Assembly: GCA_050123235.1 (NCBI GenBank)
Contig: JASFHL010000005.1
Coordinates: forward strand, 30,695-94,694
DNA length: 64,000 nucleotides
Reading direction: 5' to 3'
Source: Candidatus Woesebacteria bacterium
GTDB lineage: Bacteria; Patescibacteriota; Microgenomatia; UBA1400; PJMF01
Shown: in pieces, positions 21,107 to 30,625 of the stretch
Layout of the letters: each line of letters opens with the position of its first letter
Position numbering within the stretch: the stretch's first letter is position 1
Made by a program: the position numbers and the translations under genes
The notes under the pieces: generated by a model
The model's database searches: none
Told to the model about the DNA's origin: nothing
The model's input: the letters and a program-made list of their open reading frames with translations, nothing else

Positions 21107-22051
21107 ATGCAAAACAATTTAACAAAATACGCACCAATGAATCCAACTTTTACAGTTGATGAAGTTGAGGCAACTACCACTAAAGCTAGATTGGTCTTTG
21201 AACCCTTGGAAAAGGGTTATGGACACACTCTAGGTAATGCTTTAAGAAGAGTATTACTGAATTCTTTAGCTGGGGCAGCTGTAGTTTTTGTAAAGATCTT
21301 TGGGATTGATCATCAGTTCTCTACTCTAGAAGGCATGACTGAAGATGTGATTAATTTAATTTTAAATATTAAACAAATTAGAATCAAAGCTGATTCTGAT
21401 GATGAAGGTGTGCTGAGATTGAACGTAACTGGAGCTAAAGAAGTGACAGCAGCTGATATTGAATGTCAAGCAGGCTTTGAAATAGTTAATCCAGATCTTA
21501 AAATCGCCACTTTAGCCAAAGGAAAAAAACTAGAGCTTGAAATGATTGTTAAGTCGGGTATGGGTTATCTTCCAGCTGAAGAGTCAAAGACTAATGTTTT
21601 AGGTCAAATTCCAGTAGATGCTATGTTCAGCCCAGTTGTAAGAGTTACTTATAAAGTTGAAGCTACTCGTGTTGGACGTAAAACAGACTATGATCGTTTG
21701 GTCATGGACATTGATACAGACGGCACTATTACTCCCTTTGCTGCTGTTAAACAGGCTGCTCAAATTTTATCTAAGCAATTTGAGCAGATTGTTAATCCAG
21801 TTATCATTGAGGAAGAAGAGGAGAAAGTTCAATTGACTCCTGAAGAAGCAGAGACTCTTAAATTAACAGTTGAAGAATTGGATTTACCAACCAGGATAGC
21901 TAATGCCTTAAGAAAAGGTGGTTTTGCTACAGTTGGTGATTTAGTAGGTGTTTCAAAATCTACCGTGGCTAAAGTTAAAAACTTAGGTGCCAAGAGTGTC
22001 AATATTATCAATGATGCTTTAAAGAAAAAAGGAGTCAGTTTAGAAGATTAA
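21107..22051 (+). CDS. rpoA: DNA-directed RNA polymerase subunit alpha
   Basis: 314 aa; NTD (EPLE.G.G.TLGNALRR.LL.S..G) and C-terminal HhH domain (LDLPTRIANAL); alpha-operon position. Confidence 0.93.
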   Translation: MQNNLTKYAPMNPTFTVDEVEATTTKARLVFEPLEKGYGHTLGNALRRVLLNSLAGAAVVFVKIFGIDHQFSTLEGMTEDVINLILNIKQIRIKADSDDEGVLRLNVTGAKEVTAADIECQAGFEIVNPDLKIATLAKGKKLELEMIVKSGMGYLPAEESKTNVLGQIPVDAMFSPVVRVTYKVEATRVGRKTDYDRLVMDIDTDGTITPFAAVKQAAQILSKQFEQIVNPVIIEEEEEKVQLTPEEAETLKLTVEELDLPTRIANALRKGGFATVGDLVGVSKSTVAKVKNLGAKSVNIINDALKKKGVSLED

Positions 22052-22054
22052 TCT

Positions 22055-22558
22055 ATGAGACACAGAGTAAAAAAACGCCATTTTAATCGTAATACCAATC
22101 AGCGTAAAGCTTTATTGAGAAACCTATTAATCTCTTTATTTAAAGAAGGACAGATTGTTACTACTAAGAGTAAAGCTAAAGAAAGCAAGCGTTTGGCTGA
22201 TAAATTGATTTATAGAGCTAGTAAGGCCAATCTTAATGATCGTAGAATTTTACATCGATTCTTTGCTAGAAGAGATGTAGTTAATACACTGGTAGACAGG
22301 ATTGCTCCAACAATGAAAGATAGGGTCTCTGGTTTTACTAGCATTAAAGTACAAGGAAAAAGAAGAGGTGATAACAGTGAGATGGTTAAATTGGAGTTGC
22401 TAAAAAAACCAGCAAGATTAAAAAGTTTAAAGAGTGGCAAAGATCATAGTAAAGCTAAGCCTAGAAGAAAGGCTGCAAAAGCTAAATCAGTTACAAAGAA
22501 AGCAGCCAAATCAAAAAAAACTGTTAAAAAAACTAAGCAAGTCAAAGCTAAGAAGTAA
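22055..22558 (+). CDS. rplQ: 50S ribosomal protein L17 (Lys-rich C-terminal extension)
   Basis: 167 aa; MRHR.K.R.F.R....R.AL.RNL start; K/A-rich tail. Confidence 0.92.
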   Translation: MRHRVKKRHFNRNTNQRKALLRNLLISLFKEGQIVTTKSKAKESKRLADKLIYRASKANLNDRRILHRFFARRDVVNTLVDRIAPTMKDRVSGFTSIKVQGKRRGDNSEMVKLELLKKPARLKSLKSGKDHSKAKPRRKAAKAKSVTKKAAKSKKTVKKTKQVKAKK

Positions 22559-22566
22559 ATCAAGCT

Positions 22567-22992
22567 ATGAAAAATCAAAAAACTTTTGTACAACGCAAGG
22601 AAGATATCAAGAGAAAATGGCATTTAGTAGATGTTAAAGATAGGATTTTGGGTAAGGTAGCAACAGAGATAGCTAGTAAATTAATTGGTAAGCAAAAAGC
22701 TACTTATACCCCCCATCTTGATGGAGGTGATTATGTAGTGCTTATCAATGCTGCTGAAGTTAAATTGAGCCGAAATAAGGCTGATAAAAAGGTTTATTCA
22801 TGGCACACTGGTTTTCCTGGAGGTTTAAAAGAAATGCTGTTTAGCAAAATGATTGTTAGAAAGCCAGAGGAAGTAATTCGCAGAGCAGTGATAAATATGT
22901 TACCTAAAAATAGGCTAAGGAAAAACAGAATGGCAAGATTAAAGATTTACCCTGGTAGTGAACATAAACATCATAGTCAGTTCAAAAATTAA
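22567..22992 (+). CDS. rplM: 50S ribosomal protein L13
   Basis: 141 aa; WHLVDVKDRILG..A..IA..L.GK motif. Confidence 0.93.
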   Translation: MKNQKTFVQRKEDIKRKWHLVDVKDRILGKVATEIASKLIGKQKATYTPHLDGGDYVVLINAAEVKLSRNKADKKVYSWHTGFPGGLKEMLFSKMIVRKPEEVIRRAVINMLPKNRLRKNRMARLKIYPGSEHKHHSQFKN

Positions 22993-23009
22993 TAAGTTAA
23001 GAAATAACT

Positions 23010-23531
23010 ATGGCAATAAAATTGAAGAAAAAGCAGACCAGAGCACAAAAAATAGTTAAAAAGAGACGAACTAGTAGTAAACGGGCTGCTATTCAAAATC
23101 AGCCAGACCAAGCTAAGAAAAATTTCAAAATCCCATCAGTGAAATATATTGAAGCTATTGGCAGAAGAAAAGTAGCTACTGCTAGAGTTAGAATTTATGA
23201 GGGTCAAGGAGATTATCTTGTTAATGATCAACTAGTTAGCGATTATTTTTCATCTGTTCCCAACGCTCCTTTATTCTATAATTTTCCATTTGATTTAAGT
23301 AAAACAAGAGGCAAATTTGCTGTGACAGTCAAAGTTAATGGCTCAGGTATCAGAGCGCAACTGGATGCTGTAGTTCATGGTTTATCTAGGGCTTTGGTTA
23401 AATATAATCCAGAATTTAGAGTCTTTTTGAAAAAGGGAGGTTTGCTTACCCGCGATGACAGAATGAAGGAAACTAGAAAAGTTGGTCGAGGTGGTAAAGC
23501 TAGAAGAAAGAGACAATCTCCAAAGAGGTAA
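23010..23531 (+). CDS. rpsI: 30S ribosomal protein S9 (N-terminal basic extension)
   Basis: 173 aa; S9 core in the C-terminal 130 aa (GRRK.A.ARV......G ... HGLSRAL ... TRD.R..ERKK.G...ARR); ~40-aa N-terminal extension. Confidence 0.92.
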   Translation: MAIKLKKKQTRAQKIVKKRRTSSKRAAIQNQPDQAKKNFKIPSVKYIEAIGRRKVATARVRIYEGQGDYLVNDQLVSDYFSSVPNAPLFYNFPFDLSKTRGKFAVTVKVNGSGIRAQLDAVVHGLSRALVKYNPEFRVFLKKGGLLTRDDRMKETRKVGRGGKARRKRQSPKR

Positions 23532-23532
23532 T

Positions 23533-23550
23533 AATTTATCTGTAGTAAAT
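23533..23550. repeat. solo half-site of the inverted-repeat element (AATTTATCTGTAGTAAAT), then AAGCTAAG-T9-TAGC
   Basis: Matches the right terminal repeat of the 18801-18957 element. It lies in the convergent gap between rpsI (+) and an ABC permease (-). Confidence 0.6.
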
Positions 23551-23567
23551 TTAAGCTAAGTTTTTTT

Positions 23568-24365
23568 TTAGCTCCCCACACTTGAATATTTTTTCAAGCT
23601 CCATTTCCAAGCCAACAGACTAAAGCTAAAAAAGCCAATACCAATCAAAGTACTTGCAATCAAACTTCGGCTGGTATTAAGATTCATCAAGACTTGTGCA
23701 GGGACAGTAATCATGATGCCAATAGGTATTAAAGAGAAAAGTAAATCACGAATAGGTTTGAGATAAATGTCAACCGGCAAGCGACCAAATAAGGTCAAAT
23801 CTCGATAAACCATAATAGCATTATCTACTTCTGTAGTGACTACCCCTAAGCATAAAACCAAAATATGAAAAGCTAGGACTATCAAAAAACTATTGATTAA
23901 GAGTAGAAAATAGCCTAAAGTTGAGACTAAACTGATTTTGACATCAAGTTGGCTTAAGATTAATAAACTAATAATGCTAATAGGAATCAAAAAAATGACA
24001 TCATTGATATCAGGTTTAGCAAAAAGTGAACGCAAAAGAGGATTAACTGGTTGACTTAGATAAAGATCAAATTTTCCATAAAGCACTTTTTCACGAAATA
24101 CATAAACTCCTCTTAAAAAAATTTGTGCTATCAAATCAACTAAATTAAAAGTCAAAAAAAAGACAATCAGTTGATCAGTTGTATAAGTAGCAAACTCTCT
24201 TGTTTGCTTCTTGATGATGAGTAAAAATAAAAGCATCATGCCAAAACGAAAAATCTTGCCAATCAAAAACAGCAAATTAGACCAGCGGTTGATAAAAGTT
24301 AGCTGTAGTTCATTGCTAGCTAAGATTCTCCAAACTTTACAGTGTTTTTTTAATTCTTTTAGCAT
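23568..24365 (-). CDS. ABC-2 family transporter permease
   Basis: 265 aa; ~6 TM helices; adjacent to a second permease and an ABC ATPase on the same strand. Confidence 0.7.
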   Translation of the reverse strand: MLKELKKHCKVWRILASNELQLTFINRWSNLLFLIGKIFRFGMMLLFLLIIKKQTREFATYTTDQLIVFFLTFNLVDLIAQIFLRGVYVFREKVLYGKFDLYLSQPVNPLLRSLFAKPDINDVIFLIPISIISLLILSQLDVKISLVSTLGYFLLLINSFLIVLAFHILVLCLGVVTTEVDNAIMVYRDLTLFGRLPVDIYLKPIRDLLFSLIPIGIMITVPAQVLMNLNTSRSLIASTLIGIGFFSFSLLAWKWSLKKYSSVGS

Positions 24366-24388
24366 TAGTTTAAAGACTGGTAGTTATT

Positions 24389-25180
24389 TTATTGCCCCAC
24401 GGCACTGTAATTTTTCATTCCTTTTTGCCAAATGATTTTTAAAAATATTGTTAAGACTATTACCCAAATTGAGCCGATTAGGACCTTTGATAGGCTTTGA
24501 TTAAAACTAAATCTTTCCAAAAAAATTTGTGTTTGTACAAAAGTCAGATAAGGAAAAGGAGTAAGATAAATAATTTTTTGCAGCAGTGAAGGAAGAACAT
24601 CTAAGGGAAAAAGTCTACCAGAAGTAAATTGAATGATCATGAAAAATAAAAACCTTGGTGCCCAAGTTTCTGGACTCCAAAAGCCTATGCTGCCAAATAA
24701 AAGCATAATGATAAATAAAGTGATGAATCCAAGCAAAATTGAAATAATAAAAAAGAGAAGACTGCTAAGATTAGGCCAGTAGAATTGAGGCTGAAAAATG
24801 AGATAAAGTAATGAAAGTTCGATAATAGCGAAAAAAATATTTTTGGCCTTATCTGCCAAGTCTTGACTTAATAAAAAAGCAAAAATATTAACTGGCCTGA
24901 TTAATAAATAAGAAATTCTACCATTATAAATATTAGTTGCAAGATCTTGTATTGCACTCGAAAGGATCAAGCTTTGTAAAATGCTAGTTAAAAAAATATA
25001 ACTGAGCATATCTTCAGCTTGATAATGAAAAAACTGTTGCTGTTTTGTAAAAACGACTAACCAAAGTGAGATAGAAATGAGTGAAGTTAAGAACATTCTA
25101 AAACGCCACATCAAGGTATTTAAACGATAAACTAATGTACTTTGCCATGAAATTCTAAGTATAGTTAAATATTTATTCAT
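24389..25180 (-). CDS. ABC-2 family transporter permease
   Basis: 263 aa; multi-TM; its start overlaps the ATPase gene stop (operon). Confidence 0.7.
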   Translation of the reverse strand: MNKYLTILRISWQSTLVYRLNTLMWRFRMFLTSLISISLWLVVFTKQQQFFHYQAEDMLSYIFLTSILQSLILSSAIQDLATNIYNGRISYLLIRPVNIFAFLLSQDLADKAKNIFFAIIELSLLYLIFQPQFYWPNLSSLLFFIISILLGFITLFIIMLLFGSIGFWSPETWAPRFLFFMIIQFTSGRLFPLDVLPSLLQKIIYLTPFPYLTFVQTQIFLERFSFNQSLSKVLIGSIWVIVLTIFLKIIWQKGMKNYSAVGQ

Positions 25181-26160
25181 TGTTTCTTTTGGGCAAAAAC
25201 TTCCCTGATAATAGCTTCAATTGGAGCTTCTTCGATATTGAGATCATGAATTGATAATTCATTAAGCATTTTAGAAGCCATTGCAGTAGCTTTTTCTCTT
25301 GGCACAAGGATGGTGATTTTAGGAAATTCAAAGTCTTTTATTTGCCCAAATTTAGCTAGTTTTTCTTTTGGAGTTTCTCGACTAAGTAGCAAAGAGATAA
25401 TCTTGTTTCTAGCAAATTTGTGAATAATATCTTGCAATTTCCCATCAAACATTTTTTTCCCTTGATCTATAATAATTGCTCTAGGGCATAATTCTTTGAC
25501 ATCATCCATGTAGTGACTGGTTAAGATCACTGTAGTTTCAAATTCGCGATTATAATCTTTGATAAAATCACGCAAGGTTTTTTGCATTAATACGTCCAAA
25601 CCAATGCTAGGTTCATCCAAGAACAAAACTTTGGGGCTGTGCAGTAGAGCAGCGATCAGCTCGCATTTCATGCGCTGCCCAAGTGATAATTTTCTAACTT
25701 GGATATTAAGAAGATCAGCAACATCAAGTATTTCTACCAATTTTTTTAGTGTTTTCTTGTATTTTTGATCGCTGATTTCATAGATAGCTTTATTGAGTTC
25801 AAAGCTCTCAATAGCAGGCAAATCCCACCAAAGTTGGTTTTTTTGTCCCATGATTAAAGCAAATTGCTTTTGAAATTCGGTTTTTCTATCCCAAGGATTG
25901 AAACCTAAGACTCGTACTTGCCCTTCAGTTGGGTAAAGCAAACCAGAAAGAATTTTTAAAGTTGTAGTTTTTCCTGCTCCATTTTTACCAATAAAACCAA
26001 CAATTTCTCCGCTATCAATTGTGAAAGAGATATCATCAACCGCTTTGACAATCTCGTATTCTCTATGCCAAAGAGATTTAATTGATCCAGTCAGGCCGGC
26101 TTCTTTACGGTAAACCTTAAAATATTTTTTTAGTTGATCAACTTGAATAACGGGTGGCAT
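25177..26160 (-). CDS. ABC transporter ATP-binding protein (exporter type) with ~100-aa C-terminal extension
   Basis: Walker A GKNGAGKTTT, signature LSLGQRMK, Walker B LFLDEPSIGLD, H-loop TSHYM. Confidence 0.9.
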   Translation of the reverse strand: MPPVIQVDQLKKYFKVYRKEAGLTGSIKSLWHREYEIVKAVDDISFTIDSGEIVGFIGKNGAGKTTTLKILSGLLYPTEGQVRVLGFNPWDRKTEFQKQFALIMGQKNQLWWDLPAIESFELNKAIYEISDQKYKKTLKKLVEILDVADLLNIQVRKLSLGQRMKCELIAALLHSPKVLFLDEPSIGLDVLMQKTLRDFIKDYNREFETTVILTSHYMDDVKELCPRAIIIDQGKKMFDGKLQDIIHKFARNKIISLLLSRETPKEKLAKFGQIKDFEFPKITILVPREKATAMASKMLNELSIHDLNIEEAPIEAIIREVFAQKKQ

Positions 26161-26173
26161 AAGGATAAATTAT

Positions 26174-26192
26174 AATTCATCTATAGTAAATT
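26174..26192. repeat. solo half-site variant (AATTCATCTATAGTAAATT) of the inverted-repeat element
   Basis: Sequence match to the element terminus; lies between the HU gene and the ABC operon (both on the - strand). Confidence 0.5.
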
Positions 26193-26265
26193 GTAGATAC
26201 CTTATTATTTACTTACTATTCTTTAAAATGAGACCCTTGAACTGAATTTATTTGGAGTGCTATCT

Positions 26266-26547
26266 TTACCAAACCGCTCTTTTAAGAGGTTTACCAACTC
26301 TGAAGTTGACCACACGATGACCTTTGACAATCATCCTTTTACCTTTGTTACCAAATGGTTCAACAGCCTTATCTTCTACTCTGTTGACATAAAAAGTACC
26401 AAAGCCAGAAATGACTACCTTATCGCCTTTTTTTAACGCTCTGGTTATTTCTTCAAAAACTGCTTCAACAGCTTCATTAGCTGCTTTTTTTGTAAGATGT
26501 GCTTTTTTGGCTACAACATTAATTAGTTGTGACTTAGTCATGTGCAA
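26266..26547 (-). CDS. HU/IHF-family DNA-binding protein
   Basis: 93 aa; MTKSQLI..VA..A.LTKK.A...V.A.F..I...L..GD.V...GFG.F motif; beta-arm region. Confidence 0.9.
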   Translation of the reverse strand: MHMTKSQLINVVAKKAHLTKKAANEAVEAVFEEITRALKKGDKVVISGFGTFYVNRVEDKAVEPFGNKGKRMIVKGHRVVNFRVGKPLKRAVW

Positions 26548-26668
26548 CTCCTTCTGTTTTTTTAAATTACAATTATTAAATTTTTATTAACTTTTTTTTG
26601 GTGTCATTAGTGTAATAGTTTGATTTAACAAGTCAAGTGGTAATTAATACTACTTGACATGAGTTATA

Positions 26669-27055
26669 TCATATATAATCCAATTTATTAAGCATAATAA
26701 TTGAACTACCAAGCATATCATAAGCTACATCTCTCAAGTTAGCTGTTCTTCCTGCTACTAGCGATTGATGAAATTCATCACTCAAGGCATAAAGGAAGCA
26801 AATGAATAGAGGCAGTAGATAAAGTTTAGGCTTGGACTCTTTAATCTTGATTTTAATTAATCCTTGAAATAAAAGTAAATATAAAATTGCATAAACAAAA
26901 ATATGTGCTAGTTTCTTAAAAAGAAAATCTAATAATGAAATACTAAAACCAGGTAAAATTTCTCTATTTGATAAAAAGAAAATTAACAATGCCCACAACA
27001 TGGAAGGTAGAAAAGCAGTTAAATAAGTTTTAGTTGATTGTAAAAAAACCTTCAT
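26669..27055 (-). CDS. VanZ-like small membrane protein
   Basis: 128 aa; 4 TM segments; W..LIFFLS and other motifs reminiscent of the VanZ-like family. Confidence 0.45.
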   Translation of the reverse strand: MKVFLQSTKTYLTAFLPSMLWALLIFFLSNREILPGFSISLLDFLFKKLAHIFVYAILYLLLFQGLIKIKIKESKPKLYLLPLFICFLYALSDEFHQSLVAGRTANLRDVAYDMLGSSIIMLNKLDYI

Positions 27056-28421
27056 AAAGATTGATTAATGCAACAAATAAAAAAATGCTGCCTCCGATTA
27101 TAACACTGATAATATAAGTTTTTTTCTTAGTTTGCTTAGTAAAATAAAGTTTCCCAAAATGACTACTATAACTATTATTTTTTTTAAGATCAAGATTTAA
27201 TTTGCTAAGGTCAATTGAATAGCCAAGTGCTAGAGAGTTGAATTGCGATAATAAATTCTCATTTTTTTGAACAAATTGATTGACTAAACTCTGTTCCTTC
27301 AGAGGATTTGGATCTGAAAATAGTTCTTGATTCTGCTCTAAACTTAAATCATCAATCGTTATTTCTTCATCAGATTCTGAATCATTATTTATGCTAGGAG
27401 TAGGACTAAGATAAACATTAGGCGTACCTCTAGTAGTTTGGCTGCTTTCTAGCCATGAACCAGCAAAAAAAATATAACTATGGTCTTTATTACAATCAGC
27501 AAACTCAAAAAAATCTTCAACTTCTAGCTTGGGATCTTTTAGAATAACTTGATCGCCATCATTATTAAGTTTGTTATAGAGTTCAATGGTAAAAAAACTC
27601 AAGGCATTAATAATTTCATCGGAAAAGTTAAAAATTAAATTTTTTTCATCCCAGATTGACCACTGATTAAGAGCAATGGCTTGTTGGTTGGGGTTATAGA
27701 TTTCTATCCATTCTTTTCCTTCAGAGGGGCAAGCCATAATTTCAGAAAGTTGTAAATTAAAGGCAGGTGAAGGAGTGGAAGTAGCTGAGGGAGTGGGAAT
27801 ATTAGTTGGAGTTGGTAGAATAGAGGGGCTGGGACTTACTGTCAGGCTTGGATTCATTCCAGTTGGGCTTGCTTGGGGACTTGGGTTAGCTGAAGGACTG
27901 AGGGATGGTTCTGGGGTAGAGCTAATAGAAGTAGTTGGGCTAGGAGAATGATTCTCTTCTCCTGGAGTGGCTAAACTAAGCTGAAAATCACCTTCAGCAT
28001 TTGGAATACGGGCAAAACTATAGTTTTTCTGAGAATTTTGATAAGACATCTGATCGACTAGCTCATTATCCTGATTTTTTAAAATTACAGCATCTCCAGA
28101 GTTATTTAGTTTACTTGAAAGTGAAATTAGCAAATATTCTCCTGGAGAAATAGATTCTGAGTTAAAAGAGTAAATAATGGAAGGACTAGCAAGCTCATCC
28201 CACAAAGTCCAGCCCTGCAGTGACAGAGTCTCTAGAGGATCAGCACCCTCTTGCTCTGTTGGAAGATAGAGTTCAACCCACTCTTCCTGTCCTGAGTCGG
28301 GTTGAGGATATACTTCATTGATGACAAGTTGAGCTTGTACCAATATTGGGAAAAAAAATAAAAAAATCAGCAACAGAAACAAGATAATAATTAAGTCAGC
28401 AAGCTCGAAGTTTTTATTCAT
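27030..28421 (-). CDS. secreted/membrane-anchored protein with two lamin-tail (LTD) domains and a Pro/Ser/Thr-rich linker
   Basis: N-terminal signal/TM segment; two LTD-like modules (LVINEVYPQP...EWVELY and LSEIM.CPSEGKEWIEIYNPN); PST-rich linker; C-terminal TM. Confidence 0.6.
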   Translation of the reverse strand: MNKNFELADLIIILFLLLIFLFFFPILVQAQLVINEVYPQPDSGQEEWVELYLPTEQEGADPLETLSLQGWTLWDELASPSIIYSFNSESISPGEYLLISLSSKLNNSGDAVILKNQDNELVDQMSYQNSQKNYSFARIPNAEGDFQLSLATPGEENHSPSPTTSISSTPEPSLSPSANPSPQASPTGMNPSLTVSPSPSILPTPTNIPTPSATSTPSPAFNLQLSEIMACPSEGKEWIEIYNPNQQAIALNQWSIWDEKNLIFNFSDEIINALSFFTIELYNKLNNDGDQVILKDPKLEVEDFFEFADCNKDHSYIFFAGSWLESSQTTRGTPNVYLSPTPSINNDSESDEEITIDDLSLEQNQELFSDPNPLKEQSLVNQFVQKNENLLSQFNSLALGYSIDLSKLNLDLKKNNSYSSHFGKLYFTKQTKKKTYIISVIIGGSIFLFVALINLYEGFFTIN

Positions 28422-28611
28422 TAATCATAATTTATAGTGACTTGTTTACAAAAACTGTAACTTTGAGCAAAGTGGGTTATAATACTTGGAGTTAAAGACA
28501 AAATAGAGATATATTAGAGATGTTTTTTAAGATTTTGAGCGGACTGTTAAGGATAAATATATTGTCACTGATCATTTTGTTAGGATAAAGTTTTGAAGTG
28601 AATAGTTTTGA

Positions 28612-28766
28612 ATTTACTATAGATAAATATTAGAGCGTTAAAGTGAGGTCTGGCTAAATTTATATTAGCGATGGATATACTACCGAGCTTTACCGAGTGA
28701 GCTTTGTATTTTAAAAGGAGCTATCAGATAGTAGCGAACGACTCTGATATTTATCTATAGTAAATT
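28612..28766. repeat. copy B of the ~155-bp inverted-repeat element (ATTTACTATAGATAAAT ... ATTTATCTATAGTAAAT)
   Basis: Perfect 17-bp TIR. Relative to copy A it carries a compensatory C->T / G->A pair that keeps the inversion perfect, and the internal blocks are conserved. It sits in the divergent region 60 bp upstream of tRNA-Ser. Confidence 0.8.
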
Positions 28767-28824
28767 TGATACTGTTTTCTAGTTTTACAAAATAGTAAGT
28801 GAAGAATATATTTAACATTAATCA

Positions 28825-28912
28825 GGAAGCGTCGCATAGTGGCCAATTGCACAGGATTGCTAATCCTGAGCCCTTATGGGCTTCGTGGGTTCGAATCCCA
28901 CCGCTTCCGCCA
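28825..28912 (+). tRNA. tRNA-Ser (anticodon GCU), CCA encoded
   Basis: Hand-folded cloverleaf: acceptor GGAAGCG/CGCTTCC; D-loop with AGTGG; anticodon stem CAGGA/TCCTG with loop TTGCTAA (U33, GCT anticodon, A37); long variable arm GCCC-TTAT-GGGC; T-arm GTGGG-TTCGAAT-CCCAC; discriminator G + CCA. Confidence 0.9.
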
Positions 28913-28974
28913 AACTGATAGAAATCTACACAAAATTACACTTGTTTTCTATTTTGGCGTGACTGTTGGCGTGA

Positions 28975-30057
28975 ATGTGGCGTGAATATGTTATACTAAA
29001 TAATATGTATAACCCTAAGTTCACAATTACCCCAGAAATCACTAATTGGATTGCGCAAATCGAGGCTATCAAGCAAAAAATTGATCGTTCAAAAATTTTA
29101 CCTGTTAGAGAAATTTCCCTGAGACACAGAGCTGCTATTGAATCTGCTCACAGTTCTACCAGCATTGAAGGCAATCCTCTCAATAGGAAACAGGTTGCGG
29201 CCGCCTTAGCAGGCAAAATGAATGCCTGGGAAAAAAAAGTGATCGAGGTGACTAATTACAAAAAAGCTTGGGATTGGATCTCAGAAAGAAGTCAAAAAAA
29301 ATCAGCAATTACTATCGCGGATATTTTAAAACTACATCGTTTTGTAGCTAGCAAACTCCTCCCAGAAAATAAAGTTGGTGCTTTCAGGCTAGGTCCTATC
29401 TATATTGTCGATATTATCAGAGGTGAAGATGTTGTCAGATATACAGGTCCAGATATATCGCAAATAAAAAGCTTATTACTAGAGTTGTTAGCCTGGGTTA
29501 AAAAACAAAAAAAGGTGCTTCATCCTGTGCTATTGGCGGGTATTATTCACTATGAATTTGTATCTATCCATCCATTTAGTGATGGCAATGGTAGAGTCAC
29601 TCGTTTATTAGTTAAACTCCTCCTTGATTTGTTAGACTATGACTTTCGAGGTTGTTTGGTTTTAGACATTTACTATTGGCAAAATACAAACCAGTACTAT
29701 CAGAACTTGAACCAAGCTGACAACTATTCGGATCAACGTAAAGCTGATTTAAGCAGTTGGCTCGCCTATTTCACTGAAGGTTTTTATTTAGTAAGCAAAG
29801 ATTTGGAACGAAAAATAAATTTAATCACTGCTAATCAGAATGACGAAACCATTACTTTAAATAATCAAGAAATGCAAATTCTTGACTTTGTTAATCAATT
29901 TGGACAAATAAATTTATCAGAAGCGCTAGGTATTTTACAAATACCAGAGAGAACCATACAAAGACGCTTAAAAAAATTGGTTGATAAAAATATCTTAGAA
30001 GTTGATGGAAAAGGAAAAAATACTATTTATAGATTGAATAAAATTGATCAAAGATAG
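28975..30057 (+). CDS. Fic-family protein (class-II-like: N-terminal inhibitory S/TxxxE[G/N] motif, Fic core, C-terminal wHTH)
   Basis: Fic motif HPFSDGNGRVTR (HxFx[D/E]GNGRxxR); N-terminal SSTSIEGN inhibitory-helix-type motif; C-terminal winged-helix-like region. An alternative in-frame start exists at 29005. Confidence 0.85.
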   Translation: MWREYVILNNMYNPKFTITPEITNWIAQIEAIKQKIDRSKILPVREISLRHRAAIESAHSSTSIEGNPLNRKQVAAALAGKMNAWEKKVIEVTNYKKAWDWISERSQKKSAITIADILKLHRFVASKLLPENKVGAFRLGPIYIVDIIRGEDVVRYTGPDISQIKSLLLELLAWVKKQKKVLHPVLLAGIIHYEFVSIHPFSDGNGRVTRLLVKLLLDLLDYDFRGCLVLDIYYWQNTNQYYQNLNQADNYSDQRKADLSSWLAYFTEGFYLVSKDLERKINLITANQNDETITLNNQEMQILDFVNQFGQINLSEALGILQIPERTIQRRLKKLVDKNILEVDGKGKNTIYRLNKIDQR

Positions 30058-30209
30058 GCATTCAATACCTGTCCCGAAACCTGCGTTGCCTCAATTTAAA
30101 AATTAAAATACAATTAGTTTATGTTAGATTCCTTTCCTCAAAAAGTTATCGAAAAATTTTATCAACTCATTTAACAGACAAAAGATTAAATCAACAAAAC
30201 GTCAGTGAT

Positions 30210-30500
30210 TTGCTACTTAATTTACTACAGAAAGCTGAAATCCCATTTGGACTTTTTGGATATATTCTTAAGAAGAAATCCTTGGAGGTAATTAATGAGG
30301 TGCAAGATAAAGTTTTCCATCAATGGTGGGAGCCACCCATAGTCTTACCACATCTTATGTGCGCTCTGGAAGATACTATTGGCACATCAGTTTTAGAAGG
30401 TCAAGGTCGAATCAGTAAAGATAAGATTCAATGGTGCTTAGTTTATGGAGTCAAAGGCAGTGAGGAAAAAGAAAAAGCACAACAGTACAGCAGCAACTAA
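30210..30500 (+). CDS. hypothetical protein (96 aa)
   Basis: Intact ORF between the Fic gene and the peptidase gene; no recognisable motifs. Confidence 0.3.
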   Translation: MLLNLLQKAEIPFGLFGYILKKKSLEVINEVQDKVFHQWWEPPIVLPHLMCALEDTIGTSVLEGQGRISKDKIQWCLVYGVKGSEEKEKAQQYSSN

Positions 30501-30625
30501 GTTACAAACTTAGGCTATCCTAAATTAAAGTCAGCGGCTTCGCATTTTTCAATGATTTTCTATCTATCTTTTTTCTTTTTTTTTTGTTATCTTTATAATT
30601 AGTATCAATAACAAAAAGGCCTGCT

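Noticed and set aside
22434-22637. 67-aa ORF spanning the rplQ/rplM junction
   Set aside because: It overlaps two conserved r-protein genes in another frame; spurious.
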